This document shows, in pieces, positions 10,851 through 22,228 of a stretch of DNA of 64,000 bases (positions are counted from its first letter, which is position 1; every line of letters starts with the position of its first letter). The stretch is taken from positions 26,350,001 to 26,414,000 of the forward strand of contig NC_135825.1 of assembly GCF_964213995.1 (NCBI RefSeq). Direction: 5' to 3'. The DNA is from Mustelus asterias (Eukaryota). A program made the translations under genes and the position numbers. Below the pieces are notes generated by a model. The model was given only the letters and a program-made list of their open reading frames with translations. It had not been told where the DNA came from and did not search any database.

Positions 10851-13800
10851 ATGGCTGAAACGTTAGAAGCAGCCTCCCATAATCTCAGATCTTACCTTGG
10901 ATCCCGTTCCACCGACGGCTCCACTGCGACGGCTGCTCCAGCAGGGCCCAAATGTTACTTTTGTGGCCTCCCTAAGCACCCTCGGCGTCACTGCCCGGCA
11001 AAGGACGCGATTTGCTCCGGATGCGGTAAGCTAGGCCACTTTGTTAAAGTCTGCAGAGCAAAGCCGCTTCTGAAGACTCGTGGAGCCATGTGTGCTCCGA
11101 GGGCGCGGCCATCTTTGATGCAGGCGGCGGCTGCGCGCGAATCGCCATCTTGGATGCGGTCACCGGAAGTGCGGGAATCGCCATCTTTGATGCGGTCACC
11201 GGAAGTGCGGGAGTCGCCATCTTTGAGACTGGCATCAAGGCAAGCTGAGCAGGAAGCTTCATCCGTGACGTCATCAGACGGCGACGAAGATGGATTCTTC
11301 TTTAATTCAACAGTGGCATCGATTTGCCTGGACCAGTCGCAGCCACATCAACTCTCCAAGTCCATAATGGAGATCAAGGTAAATGGTTATGCAGAAAACT
11401 GCCTGTTCGACTGTGGGAGCACGGAAAGTTTTATACACCCTCGCACAGTGCGTCAATATGCCCTTCCCGTGCGACCCTGGAGCCAGACCATCTCCATGGC
11501 CTCGAATTCTCACTCAGTGGAGGTCCTCGGGTGCTGCTTGGTGACGCTGACGGTACAGGGCACAGTCTACGAGCGTTTTCGGCTCCTCGTGCTGCCGCGA
11601 CTCTGCGCAGCTGTACTGCTGGGGTTAGATTTCCTCAGCCATCATAGAAGCGTCATCCTGCAGTACGATGGCCCTTATCCCCCGCTCTCCGTCTGCAAGG
11701 CGCCGTCACGGCAGCGCCCCTCGCGCACCACCTGCAGTCTCTCGACCCTCAAGATCACCCCCCCCCCATTATTTGATAACCTAACCCCGGATTGTAGGCC
11801 TATAGCCACCAAGAGTAGGCGCTATAGTGCGGATGACCGGGCCTTCATTCGGTCCGAGGTACAACGTTTGCTCCAGGAAGGGATTATCCAGGCCAGCACC
11901 AGCCCCTGGAGGGCGCAAGTGGTCGTAGTTAAATCGGGGGAGAAACACCGCATGGTGATTGACTACAGCCAGACCATAAACAGGTATACCCAACTAGATG
12001 CATATCCTCTTCCCCGTATCGTGGACATAGTCAACCACATCGCGCACTATAGGGTTTTTTCAACGATCGATTTGAAATCGGCTTACCACCAGCTCCCTAT
12101 CCGCTCGGAGGATCGCCCATACACTGCCTTTGAGGCGGATGGCCGCCTCTACCAGTTCCTCCGAGTCCCCTTTGGTGTCACCAATGGGGTCTCAGTCTTC
12201 CAACGGGCCATGGATCAAATGGTGGACCAGCACGGACTACGGTCCACTTTCCCGTATCTGGATAACGTCACCATCTGCGGCCATGACCTGCAGGACCATG
12301 ATGCCAACCTACAAAAATTCCTTCGTACGGCCACTCTCCTGAACCTCACATACAATGAGGCGAAGTGTGTTTTCCGGACACGCCGCCTCGCCATCCTTGG
12401 GTACGTGATAGAAAATGGTGTCCTTGGCCCCGACCCAGCCCGTATGCGTCCCCTTATGCAGCTTCCCCTCCCTACTACCCTCAAAGCACTGAGGAGATGC
12501 CTGGGCTTCTTCTCCTATTATACCCAGTGGGTTCCCCGTTACGCAGATAAAGCCCGTCCGCTCCTAAAATCGACCTCTTTTCCCCTGGCGGAGGAAGCCT
12601 GTCGGGCCTTCGATGACATCAAAGCGGACATCGCGAAGGCCGCGATGCACGCTGTGGACGAATCCATCCCATTCCAAGTGGAAAGTGATGCGTCTGACTT
12701 TGCCCTAGCTGCCACCCTTAACCAGAGGGGCCGTCCGGTGGCCTTCTTTTCCCGGACCTTACAAGGCCCTGAGATTCGACACTCCTCGGTCGAGAAGGAG
12801 GCCCAGGCCATCGTGGAAGCCGTCCGGCACTGGCGCCATTATCTTGCGGGCCAACGATTCACCTTAATTACGGACCAGCGGTCAGTTGCCTTCCTGTTTA
12901 ACACCAGGCAAAAGGGCAAGATTAAGAATGACAAGATCTTGCGGTGGAGGATTGAGCTCTCCACCTACAGATATGACATCATGTACCGGCCTGGGAAGCT
13001 CAATGAGCCCCCAGACGCCCTGTCCCGTGGATCATGTGCCAGTGCCCAACTAGACCAGCTACAGTCCCTCCATAACGACCTCTGTCACCCGGGTGTCACC
13101 AGATTTTTCCATTTTGTCAAGTCCCGTAACCTGCCCTTCTCCCTTGAGGAAGTCCGGACGATTACCAGGCAATGCAGGGTCTGCGCTGAGTGCAAACCGC
13201 AGTTCTACCGGCCAGGTAGGGCGCACCTTGTAAAGGCCACTCGCGCGTTCGAGCGCCTTAGCGTTGATTTTAAAGGCCCCCTCCCCTCCTCTAACCGCAA
13301 TGTTTATTTCCTGAATATCATTGACGAATACTCACGTTTCCCTTTTGCCTTCCCCTGCTCGGACATGACCACGGCTACAGTGATTCGGACCCTGAACAAG
13401 CTCTTCACTCTGTTCGGCTTCCCAGCCTATATTCATAGCGACCGTGGGTCCTCTTTCATGAGTGACGAGCTGAGGCAGTACCTGCTCGCCAAAGGCGTTG
13501 CCTCCAGCCGCACCACTAGCTATAACCCCAGGGGCAATGGTCAAGTAGAGCGGGAGAACGCAACCGTCTGGAAGGCCGTTCTATTAGCGTTACGGTCTAG
13601 GGGCCTTCCAGTCAGCCGTTGGCAAGACGTCCTTCCGGACGCATTACATTCCATTAGGTCACTCTTGTGCACAGCGACCAATACGACCCCTCACGAGCGG
13701 ATGTTTTCATTTCCCAGGAAGTCCTCCTCGGGTACTTCGCTCCCGGATTGGCTGATGTCCCCGGGACCCGTCCTGCTTCGGAAGCATGTCCGGACCCATA

Positions 13801-14330
13801 AGGCAGATCCCTTGGTCGAGGAGGTCCAATTGCTCCATGCTAATCCCCAATATGCTTATGTAGCGTACCCTGATGGGCGGGAGGACACGGTTTCTGTCCG
13901 TGACTTGGCACCCGCGGGTGCCCCGGAGGTCACCACGTCCTTCCGCCCCACGGTCCCTGGTGTCGTCCATTCGGAGACTGCTACGCCTCTTCCTCCCTCA
14001 GTCCCTGTCCCCAATGTAGTGTGCCCAGAGCCTGTTGCAGCCCCCCACCCCCCAGCTCCGGTTCCCACTGTTCCCCATACGCCACCAGGGCCACTGCTCA
14101 TTCCTCTCGCCCCTGTGTACAACTCGCTTGAGTCGCCGGAGCCGTCGCCACGCAGTACCCGACGACTGGACGGGACGACGGATCGGTCCGCTTCACACCA
14201 CCCAGCGCCTTCTCTCGACGCTCACTGTACGGAGCCTGGGCCGACATCGCTCCCTGCTCGGACGACTCTGCGACCTGCACTACGACGATCGCGACGACGG
14301 ATCAAGCCACCGGTTCGTCTGGACTTGTGA
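10851..14330 (+). CDS. pol: Gypsy Gag C-terminus plus Pol polyprotein (2 CCHC knuckles, protease, RT, RNase H, integrase)
   Basis: CYFCGLPKHPRRHC and CSGCGKLGHFVKVC knuckles; protease LFDCGS; RT IDLKSAYHQ, VPFG, YLDN; RNase H SDASDFALAA, EKEA; integrase HHCC and D(FKGP)-D(RG)-E(RENA). Confidence 0.95.
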   Translation: MAETLEAASHNLRSYLGSRSTDGSTATAAPAGPKCYFCGLPKHPRRHCPAKDAICSGCGKLGHFVKVCRAKPLLKTRGAMCAPRARPSLMQAAAARESPSWMRSPEVRESPSLMRSPEVRESPSLRLASRQAEQEASSVTSSDGDEDGFFFNSTVASICLDQSQPHQLSKSIMEIKVNGYAENCLFDCGSTESFIHPRTVRQYALPVRPWSQTISMASNSHSVEVLGCCLVTLTVQGTVYERFRLLVLPRLCAAVLLGLDFLSHHRSVILQYDGPYPPLSVCKAPSRQRPSRTTCSLSTLKITPPPLFDNLTPDCRPIATKSRRYSADDRAFIRSEVQRLLQEGIIQASTSPWRAQVVVVKSGEKHRMVIDYSQTINRYTQLDAYPLPRIVDIVNHIAHYRVFSTIDLKSAYHQLPIRSEDRPYTAFEADGRLYQFLRVPFGVTNGVSVFQRAMDQMVDQHGLRSTFPYLDNVTICGHDLQDHDANLQKFLRTATLLNLTYNEAKCVFRTRRLAILGYVIENGVLGPDPARMRPLMQLPLPTTLKALRRCLGFFSYYTQWVPRYADKARPLLKSTSFPLAEEACRAFDDIKADIAKAAMHAVDESIPFQVESDASDFALAATLNQRGRPVAFFSRTLQGPEIRHSSVEKEAQAIVEAVRHWRHYLAGQRFTLITDQRSVAFLFNTRQKGKIKNDKILRWRIELSTYRYDIMYRPGKLNEPPDALSRGSCASAQLDQLQSLHNDLCHPGVTRFFHFVKSRNLPFSLEEVRTITRQCRVCAECKPQFYRPGRAHLVKATRAFERLSVDFKGPLPSSNRNVYFLNIIDEYSRFPFAFPCSDMTTATVIRTLNKLFTLFGFPAYIHSDRGSSFMSDELRQYLLAKGVASSRTTSYNPRGNGQVERENATVWKAVLLALRSRGLPVSRWQDVLPDALHSIRSLLCTATNTTPHERMFSFPRKSSSGTSLPDWLMSPGPVLLRKHVRTHKADPLVEEVQLLHANPQYAYVAYPDGREDTVSVRDLAPAGAPEVTTSFRPTVPGVVHSETATPLPPSVPVPNVVCPEPVAAPHPPAPVPTVPHTPPGPLLIPLAPVYNSLESPEPSPRSTRRLDGTTDRSASHHPAPSLDAHCTEPGPTSLPARTTLRPALRRSRRRIKPPVRLDL
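11136..11226 (+). repeat. 36-bp in-frame tandem repeat (~2.5 copies) in the gag-protease linker
   Basis: Encodes RESPSWMRSPEV / RESPSLMRSPEV / RESPSL. Confidence 0.9.
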
Positions 14331-14364
14331 TATTGTTTCCGCTTCACCCCCGTGTTGTTTTTTT

Positions 14365-14380
14365 AAAAGGAAGGGGTGAA
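14365..14380 (+). promoter_or_regulatory. Polypurine tract
   Basis: AAAAGGAAGGGGTGAA immediately before the 3' LTR. Confidence 0.85.
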
Positions 14381-14625
14381 TGTGGTGGACCTCAGTTGTG
14401 CCTTTGTCCTATATGGACCACCGTTGTGTGTGTTTGTCATACCTGGACACATCCCCTTCCAGTTTGGTTCCTCCCCTCAGCACCTAGTATAAAGGTGGCT
14501 GTCTCCTCCCCCTTGTTCAGTCCAGGTCGGTTAATTGTTGGGATCTGCTCCTGATTCTGTTGTGAATAAAAGCCTACACTTATATTGGCATATCGGTAGT
14601 CTTTCGCCTTATTGATAGCGCATCA
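14381..14625 (+). repeat. 3' LTR
   Basis: Copy of 10096-10340; no differences found by eye. Confidence 0.96.
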
Positions 14626-15319
14626 CACATCTAATTGGCTGAACGGGTAATGTAGATATTCATGGAAACACTCGAAAAGAATAGACATTTCAGGACCATC
14701 TGCACTTAACATCAAACAAATAATAAATATTGATGCATCTAAACTTCTTATAGCTTTACATTATTTTTCAAAATCTCTTTGTCATCACAGGCCATGGTGT
14801 ACCAGTTTTTTCTAACGTTAAAGAGTTTGAAAAGAATCGCTACTTGTCAACAGCAACACTCAGGATGCCTCTGACATATGCCGGCAGACCAGAAGGATGT
14901 GTGAACAAAAACACTACTTCCGATCTGTCAAGGTTCCAGTGAATAATTCAGCCCATATTGGTAGATTTCAAAGCACTGTACAGCCTTTTATTAATAATTG
15001 ACAGATTAAGGCGACCAAACACTTCAGTTCATAAACCATCCTGGAGGCAAGTGGAGAGTTTACTAATCCTTTATGTTTGGATGTAACATTGCTCTTATTG
15101 ATTCGAAGATTGCATTTTTTGTTCAAAGTTATACTCTTGTCCAGCACATGTACTGCATTAAACAAAATGCAGAAATGCAGAAACAGCCCCACATTTAAAA
15201 GGAGGATGTGTGATAGACAACAGTCATACTCAAAATCAATTGATCTCCCAAGCTTTTACAAATGCAAAATCAAGACAAAGAGTTGCCTTCAGGTAAAATA
15301 GTGTTTGAGTGTATATCCT

Positions 15320-16890
15320 GACTTAATTATCTCCTCCACCTTTGATGCATAGTCCCCATTAGAACTAGCACTGTTTCACAGCTTTGTCATACTCTCCAAT
15401 ATGGCTCTCATCTCTGCTCCCTGAAATCCAAATGGTGCAGACCTCAATGGATAACGGAAAACCCATTCATCGCAGGTGGACCATATGAATCACTATCAGG
15501 TCCTGCTTTCATCCCAAACTGCTCAATATTTCAAGATCACCTTAGCACTCATGCATTTCTTTGTTAATAAGGTTGAGATGATACAATCAGTTTCCTCTGT
15601 CTCTTCTCTACTTTCCCGTAGCCCCCCAGACCAAACTTCCTCAGATTTCTCCCGTGTCCTATTCTGATCTCTCACCTTTCTCCATTCCTCTCCCATCTCT
15701 CCTTATATCAGCTCTGAGCTCATCTTGTCCTAGAGACCCATTGTTTGTTGCCTTGACATCATTCACATCAAATTGCTGACCACTGGACGTCCCTTCAGGC
15801 TGCTATGTTAGACAATGTTGTTAATGACCTTCTCGCCTCAGGTACTGTCTATCATTCCTTTATATCTGCTGTCATTTGTCATAAAATACATCCTTGACTC
15901 TTCCATTATTTCAAACAAACACTGCTCCATCTACAAATTTCCTTTCTTCTCTTAAGTCTTTGAATGTGTTGTGGTTTTTGCAGAATTCCGTCTTGAATCT
16001 TTCCAATCAGATTTCCATCCCACAACAATGCCCAAGTGTTTTCTTATCAAAGGCACAAGTAGCGTCCGATGTGACTTTGAGAAAATTAAACTCTCTTGCC
16101 TCATCCGCCACAACATGTCCGATGCCTTTAACTCGGCTGAACGTCCCACCATAACATCATGCAGCTGGATGGAACCAAACATGCCTGGTTCCAGTCTTAC
16201 CTATCCTGACACTGCTCGAAATAACTTCTCTTACAGTTCCTGTACTATTATTTCCAGTGTTGCCCAAGGCTCTATCCCTGGCCCCTCCTTTTTCTCATCT
16301 ACATGTTGTCCCTCGGCAACATCAGGCAAAAATACAAAGGCAATTTCCACACGTATACTACTTACTTCATCACAATCTCCCTAGATCTCTCCACGGTCTC
16401 TAAATTGTTAAGACTGCTCCTCCTATGGGTTGACCAGAAATTTTGTCCCATTAAATCTCCATTCCCTAGCCAACAACTCCACCTGCCTCCCTGTCCTCAA
16501 ACTAGAGTTACATTCAACACTGAAGTGAATTTCTGACCACAAACCCATACCATCAGTAAGACTGCCTATTTCAATCTCCATAACAACTCATGACTCTGCA
16601 CACTTCAGTTCATCTGCTGCTGAAGCCCTCACCTCGGATTTTGTTGCTTCTAGTCTTGGAAACCTGGCTGGTCTCCCACATTAAACTCTCCATAAACTTG
16701 ATGCCATCCAAAACTTTGCTCAATGTGTCCTAACTCGCATCATGTCCAATACACTCATCACCCTTGTGTTTACTTATCTACATTTGCAGTTAAGCAAATC
16801 CTTGATATTAAAATGTTCATTCTAGTTTCACATCCCTCTGTAGTCTTATTCTTCCTTATTTCTGTAATATTCTCCAGCCGTGCAACCCTC
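15320..16890 (+). mobile_element. Heavily decayed L2-like LINE (RT region)
   Basis: Remnant RT motifs: ESFQSDF(H)P, DAFNS, and AQGSIPGP followed after a frameshift by FLIYMLSLGNI (~16255-16325); pyrimidine-rich composition typical of L2. Confidence 0.6.
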
Positions 16891-17326
16891 TGGAGTGGTG
16901 TAGTCACTGGATTAGTAACTCAGAGACCCAGTATAATACTCTGTGGTCCTGGGTTTGAATCCTGCCACGGCAGATGGTGAAATTTGATTTTTTTTAAAAA
17001 TCATCGAATCATAGAATCTCTACAGTGCAGAAGAAGGCCATTTGGTCCATTGAGTCTGCACTGACTCTTGGACAGAGCATCTTATTTGAAATTAGAAGTC
17101 TAATGATGACCATTAAACTATTGTTGATTGTGGTAAAAACCCACCTGGCTCACTAATGTCCTTCAGGGAAGAAAATCTGGCCAACACTTGATTCCAGAGC
17201 AAAAGCAATGTGGCTGACCCTTCACTGCCCATTGAAATGCTACTCATTTCAGGGTGGTTAGGGATGGGAATAAATGCTGGCCTAGCTAGTGATTTCCACA
17301 TCCCATGAATGAATAGACAAAAAAAA
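16890..17326 (+). mobile_element. SacSINE1/DeuSINE-like SINE containing a small HE1 tail fragment (~17007-17085, minus)
   Basis: tRNA-like head (GTCACTGGATTAGTAAC...GGGTTTGAATCC), central CTAATGATGACCAT...AAAAACCCACCTGGCTCACTAATGTCCTTCAGGGAAG, tail AGGGATGGGAATAAATGCTGGCC...CCCATGAATGAAT. Confidence 0.65.
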
Positions 17327-17725
17327 TCTACACTCTTGTCAAGGAGAGTTGGTAGTGTAGGCTCAGGTTCTGGGAGCTTGGGTTCAAATCCCACCGTGGC
17401 ATCTTTGTAGAATTAAAATTAATTTAATTCAATTTAATTCAACAGCTGAACACTAAAGTTGTGGAATTTCCTCTGTTGCCGTATCTCTCTTTGCTGCCTT
17501 AAAATGCTCCGAAATACCTACCAACCTATGCCCTAATATCTCCTTATGTGGCTCATGTGATGGATTTTGTTTGATAACATGCCTGTCAAATATTTGTGGC
17601 CATTTTCTGATTCTTTTACGGGCTGCGGATGTTGCTGGCTAGACCTGCATCTATTGCTCAGTCCCAATTTCCCTTGAGAAGATGCCTTCTTGAACTGTTG
17701 CAATCCATGTGGTGTAGATACATCC

Positions 17726-18416
17726 TGATGTGGAGATGCCGGCGTTGGACTGGGGTAAACACAGTAAGAAGTTTAACAACACCAGGTTAAAGGCCAACAG
17801 GTTTATTTGGTAGCAAATGCCACTAGCTTTCGGAGCACTGCCCCTTCGTTAAGTGGAGTGGAGAAATGCTCACAAACAGGGCATACAGAGACACAAACTC
17901 AATTTACAGAATAATGATTGGAATGCAGTCTTTACAGGTAATCAAGTCTTAAAGGTACAAACAATGTGAATGGAGGGAGCATTAAGCACAGGTTAAAGAG
18001 ATGTGTATTGTCTCCAGACAGGACAGCCAGTAAGATTCTGCAAGTCCAGACAAGCTGTGGGGGTTACAGATAGTGTGACATGAACCCAAGATCCCGGATG
18101 AGGCCGTCCTCATGTGTGCGGAACTTGGCTATCAGTTTCTGCTCAGCGACTCTGCGCTGTCGTGTGTTGTGAAGGCCGCCTTGGAGAACGCTTACGTGAA
18201 GATCAGAGGCCGAATGCCCGTGACCGCTGAAGTGCTCCCCAACAGGAAGAGAACAGTTTTGCCTGGTGATTGTCGAGCGGTGTTCATTCATCCGTTGTCA
18301 TAGCGTCTGCATGGTCTCCCCAATGTACCATGCCTCGGGAAAACATGCAGACGCTACGACAACGGATGAATGAACACCGCTCGACAATCACCAGGCAAGA
18401 GTGTTCTCTTCCTGTT
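17726..18416 (-). mobile_element. 5'-truncated Penelope-like retroelement with an inverted segment
   Basis: Minus-strand C-terminal GIY-YIG peptide TLRQRMNEHRS...PVGEHF...VLQGGL...AEQKLIAKF (18064-18340); inverted copy of part of it at ~18342-18416; terminal repeat with a mutated hammerhead at ~17820-17856. Confidence 0.8.
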
Positions 18417-18815
18417 TCTTCTGGCTGCCTTATCATCAATTGTTGCCAACAACCTAGATAAGTTGAACAACAGCCCAACACGATTATACTCACAGACCAG
18501 TGGGAGTGGCTCAATATTGAGGTCCTCAATATTGACTCCAGATGCATGAAGTCTTATACCTTCAGCTAAAACCAGGACTTAATATCCCCTCTGACTCTTT
18601 ATCCACCTATATCTGCCCTGCCCATTTAAAACCTCCTTGAAGATATGTTTTAAAGTTGATTCTCTCCTCCATTCTGGGAATGAGGAAATTGTTCTTAAAG
18701 CACTAATAACATTCTAAATAACATGAGTGCTAAAAGCATTCAACAACAAATTGCTGGTTCTCAGATTAGAGACAATCATCTAACTCCCTGGAGTGGGTTA
18801 TAGATCCAAAGAAGT

Positions 18816-18955
18816 GCTGGTTAGATTGGCCATGGTAAATGTATGGGGTTACGGGGATCGGGAGGAGGGGAGGGCCTGAGTGGGATGCTCTTTCAAAGAG
18901 TCGGTGCAGACTCGATGGGACAAATGGCCTCCTTCTGCACTGTTTGAATTCTATG
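18816..18955 (+). mobile_element. HE1-type SINE 3' fragment
   Basis: GTCGGTGCAGACTCGATGGGACAAATGGCCTCCTTCTGCACTG tail. Confidence 0.7.
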
Positions 18956-19775
18956 GCTCTGGTAGTGAAACAGTAGCAAAGTATTCTCTGGGCAAAAGGC
19001 AGGCAGCTGGTAAAAAGGCCAAATGGCACAAGTTTCATTTGAGGGTGAGAAAAGGTTGCAATTTTAACTCAGAGTAAAAGGTTGAAGTGAGCATGCTGAA
19101 AAAGAATAAGAACAGATGGGGAAAAGAGACTGCAAAATAATGGTGCACCAGGCACAGTCTAAACATTCAACCCGAGAGATTGGGTGCAAGAGGGCTGAGA
19201 GAACATAAAAGAGGAAAACAACACAAGTAAACTTGTGAAACACAAGTTCAATTGAAAACCTACCCTAACTGAAGGAAAAGGAAAAGGAACTTGGCCGACC
19301 ATCTCTGAACTTATTTTGTGCACAATGTTGTCAAAGATCAGAGCATGCACCAACAGAGGATAATACAAAGTTGCAGAGCCACCAAGTGACTAGACACAGT
19401 CATTACAATGTGTACAAGGAGAATTCTTGCTTTTAACATAGGCATTTAAAATGGGAAACATTAACCCATGTGTGGAAGTGTGACTATGAAACAGGCACAC
19501 TCAAAGTGAGATGTCACCGATGGGATGTATAAGATTTTAATTTCACGTATTTATATATACTGTCAGCTCAGTGGCAAATGTGCCACTGTTATTGGTTCTG
19601 AACTCCCCCGGCTGCTTCAGTCATTATAACCCATTTTGTGACAATTCCAAATTAACATTGTCTGTTCAATGCTTCCTTTCATCTTCCTCAACCTCTTGTC
19701 CCATGTACTGGTCCTTATGTATGTAGGGCCATGAGAGGAATTCTAGGTGTTTCCACTCTTGAAACGAGCGCTAAC

Positions 19776-20053
19776 CATAGAATTCCTCCAGTGCAGAAAG
19801 AGGCCATTCGGCCCATCGAGTCTGCACCGACTCTCTGGAAGAGCATCTTCCCCAACCCCCTTCCCCATTCTATCTCTGTAACCCTGCACATTTACCATGG
19901 CTAATCCACCTAATCAACACATCTTTGGATACTAAACAGCAATTTAGCATTCCTAATCCACCCAACCTACACACCTTTGGCACTAAGGGGCAATTTAGCA
20001 AATCCACCTGTTTGGACTGTGGGAGGAAACCGGAGTACCCAAAGGAAACCCAT
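19776..20053 (-). mobile_element. HE1-type SINE, head-truncated
   Basis: Reverse-complement tail and V-domain (GGACTGTGGGAGGAAACCGGAG). Confidence 0.75.
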
Positions 20054-20517
20054 CACAATTGTCTTTCTTGGATCTTTGATATAAGTGTTGCTTCTTTTCC
20101 AAAGCATATTCTTCTTGATTTTTGCTTTCATCCTGGAAGCTCCCAGTATTCCCCTCTGTCAGTATCCTTTACTTATTGACTGTTCTCATGTTCCCAATGA
20201 AAATCCTCATGCTCTGTAACACTAACATTTGTACTTTCATGTTTGTTCATGAGGAAAGAGATTACATTTCTTTGTCAAGGAAAAAGGGCATCAAATATTT
20301 GTTTAATAAATCTATGAAGCATTGTTTCACACATGTTACAGATTTATGTTATGTTGCAGACATATGTTAGCCTAGAATAATCCCAGAACAAATCATTCAG
20401 GACATTTGTGTCCTTGTCAAGTGATAGCCTGTGGGAGAGTCAGTGGAATCACTGCTACTCTGACGGATCAGTTTCTGTACAACTTGTGCTCACTCAAATA
20501 AGGTCAAAGAGCATGTT

Positions 20518-20866
20518 CATAGAATCATAGAATCCTTACAGCGCAGAAGGAGGCCATTTGGCCCATTGAGTCTGCACCGTCTCTCTGACAGAGTATCTTA
20601 TCCTAGGTCCTCTCCCCACTCTATCCCCATAACCCCACACATTTCCCATGTTTAATCCACACTTATTTGGGCACTAAGGGACAATTTAGCATGGCCAATC
20701 CATCTAAATTGCACACCTTTGGACTGTGGGAGGAAACTGGATCGTCCGGAGGAAACCCACACACACACGAGGAGAATCACACAGAAAGTCACTCAAAGCC
20801 GGAATTCAACCTGGGTCCCTGGAGCTGTGAGGCAGCAATGCTAACCACTGTGCTACTGTGTCACCC
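20518..20866 (-). mobile_element. HE1-type SINE
   Basis: Full head-to-tail match to the other copies. Confidence 0.8.
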
Positions 20867-20953
20867 CTATGGGTCCCGTTAAGGTCTTGTGATTGTGGGT
20901 GAGAAATTGTAGGCCGAAACAATTACACCAAAGGCTACAAAGTATCTCAGTAG

Positions 20954-21300
20954 ATAGAATCATAGAAACCCTACAGTGCAGAAAGTGGCCATCTGGCCCA
21001 TTGAGTCTGCACCAACCACAATCCCACCCAGACCCTACCCCTATATCCCTACACATTTACCTGCTAATCCGTCTAACCTTCGCATCTCAGGACACTAAGG
21101 GGCAATTTTTAGTATGGCCAATCAACCTAACTTGCACATCTTTGGACTGTGGGAGGAAACCGGAGCACCCGGAGGAAACCCACGCAGACACGAGGAGAAT
21201 GTGCAAACTCCACACAGACAGTGACCCAAGCCGGGAATCGAACCCAGGTCCCTGGAGCTGTGAAACAGCAGTGCTAACCACTATGCTACCGTGCCACCCC
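20954..21300 (-). mobile_element. HE1-type SINE, well preserved
   Basis: Full head-to-tail match; explains most of ORF 20893-21579. Confidence 0.85.
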
Positions 21301-21611
21301 GGTATAATAAGGCACAAGCACAAAAGGAAACAAGATGAAAGGTACCAAACATCCTCCATCAGCTCACACCAATCTACGTGCGGGTTCCTTCAAATCTGCC
21401 TTGGCAAGCTTGGGCCCCCATTTTCTAGGACACAGTGCAATGCCAGTGAAAATGGTGACATGCACAACAGAATTACATTGTGTAACACCCATTTGGATGG
21501 ATCCAACATGAACTGGCAGAGGCTTTCAGCACCCTTGAAAATTGATCAAATCCTCATAGTTCCCGGGACCTGGGTTTGATTCCGAGCTTGGGTCACTGTG
21601 TGTGTGGGTCA

Positions 21612-22228
21612 CTGGATCACTGTCTAGAATACAAGAGCAAGGATGTATTTCTAAGACTGTATAAGGCTCTGGTCAGACCCCATTTGGAGTATTGTGAGCA
21701 GTTTTGGGCCCCGTATCTAAGGAAGGATGTGCTGGCCTTGGAAAGGGTCCAGAGGAGGTTCACAATAATGATCGCTGAAATGAAGAACTTGTCGCATGAG
21801 GAACGGTTGAGGACTCTGGGTCTGTACTCGTTGGAGTTTAGAAGGATGAGGGGAGATCTTATTGAAACTTACAGGATACTGCAAGGCCTGGATAGAATGG
21901 ATGTGGAGAGGATGTTTCCACTAGTAGGAAAAAATAGAACCAGAGGGCATAATCTCAGGCTAAAGGGAAGATCCTTTAAAACAAAGATGAGGAGGAATTT
22001 TTTCAGCCAGCGAGTGGTGAATCTGTGAAGCTCTTTGCCACAGAAGGCTGTGGAGGGCAGGTCATTAAGTGTCTTTAAGAGATAGATAGGTTCTTGATTA
22101 ATAAGCGGATCGGGGTTATGGGGAAAAGGCAAGAGAATGGGGATGAGAAAAATATCAGCCATGATTGTATGGCGGAGCAGACTCGATGGGCCGAATGGCC
22201 TAATTCTGCTCCTATGTCTTATGGTCTT
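21612..22228 (+). mobile_element. CR1-type LINE 3' fragment inserted into an HE1 SINE (~21560-22498)
   Basis: LYKALVRPHLEYCEQFWAP...LERVQRRFT...RGDLIE...TRGHNL...FFSQRVVNL; SINE head precedes it and the SINE body resumes at ~22240. Confidence 0.88.

Larger units (their letters stand above)
10096..14625 (+). mobile_element. Full-length Ty3/Gypsy LTR retrotransposon, recent insertion
   Basis: Two 245-bp TG...CA LTRs that read as identical; 5-bp TSD CACAT (10091-10095, 14626-14630); PPT; domain order gag-PR-RT-RNaseH-IN. Confidence 0.97.

Noticed and set aside
13960-14330. Chromodomain or env gene at the end of the Gypsy element
   Set aside because: The C-terminus is Pro-rich low complexity ending in a basic RRSRR..KPP.RL motif, and only ~50 bp separate the stop from the 3' LTR.
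14790-14942. Possible host exon after a good acceptor (TCTCTTTGTCATCACAG) with ~50 open codons
   Set aside because: No recognisable protein and no linked exons; this length can occur by chance.
20893-21579. 228-aa ORF
   Set aside because: Mostly antisense HE1 SINE sequence; similar peptides recur at every SINE copy.
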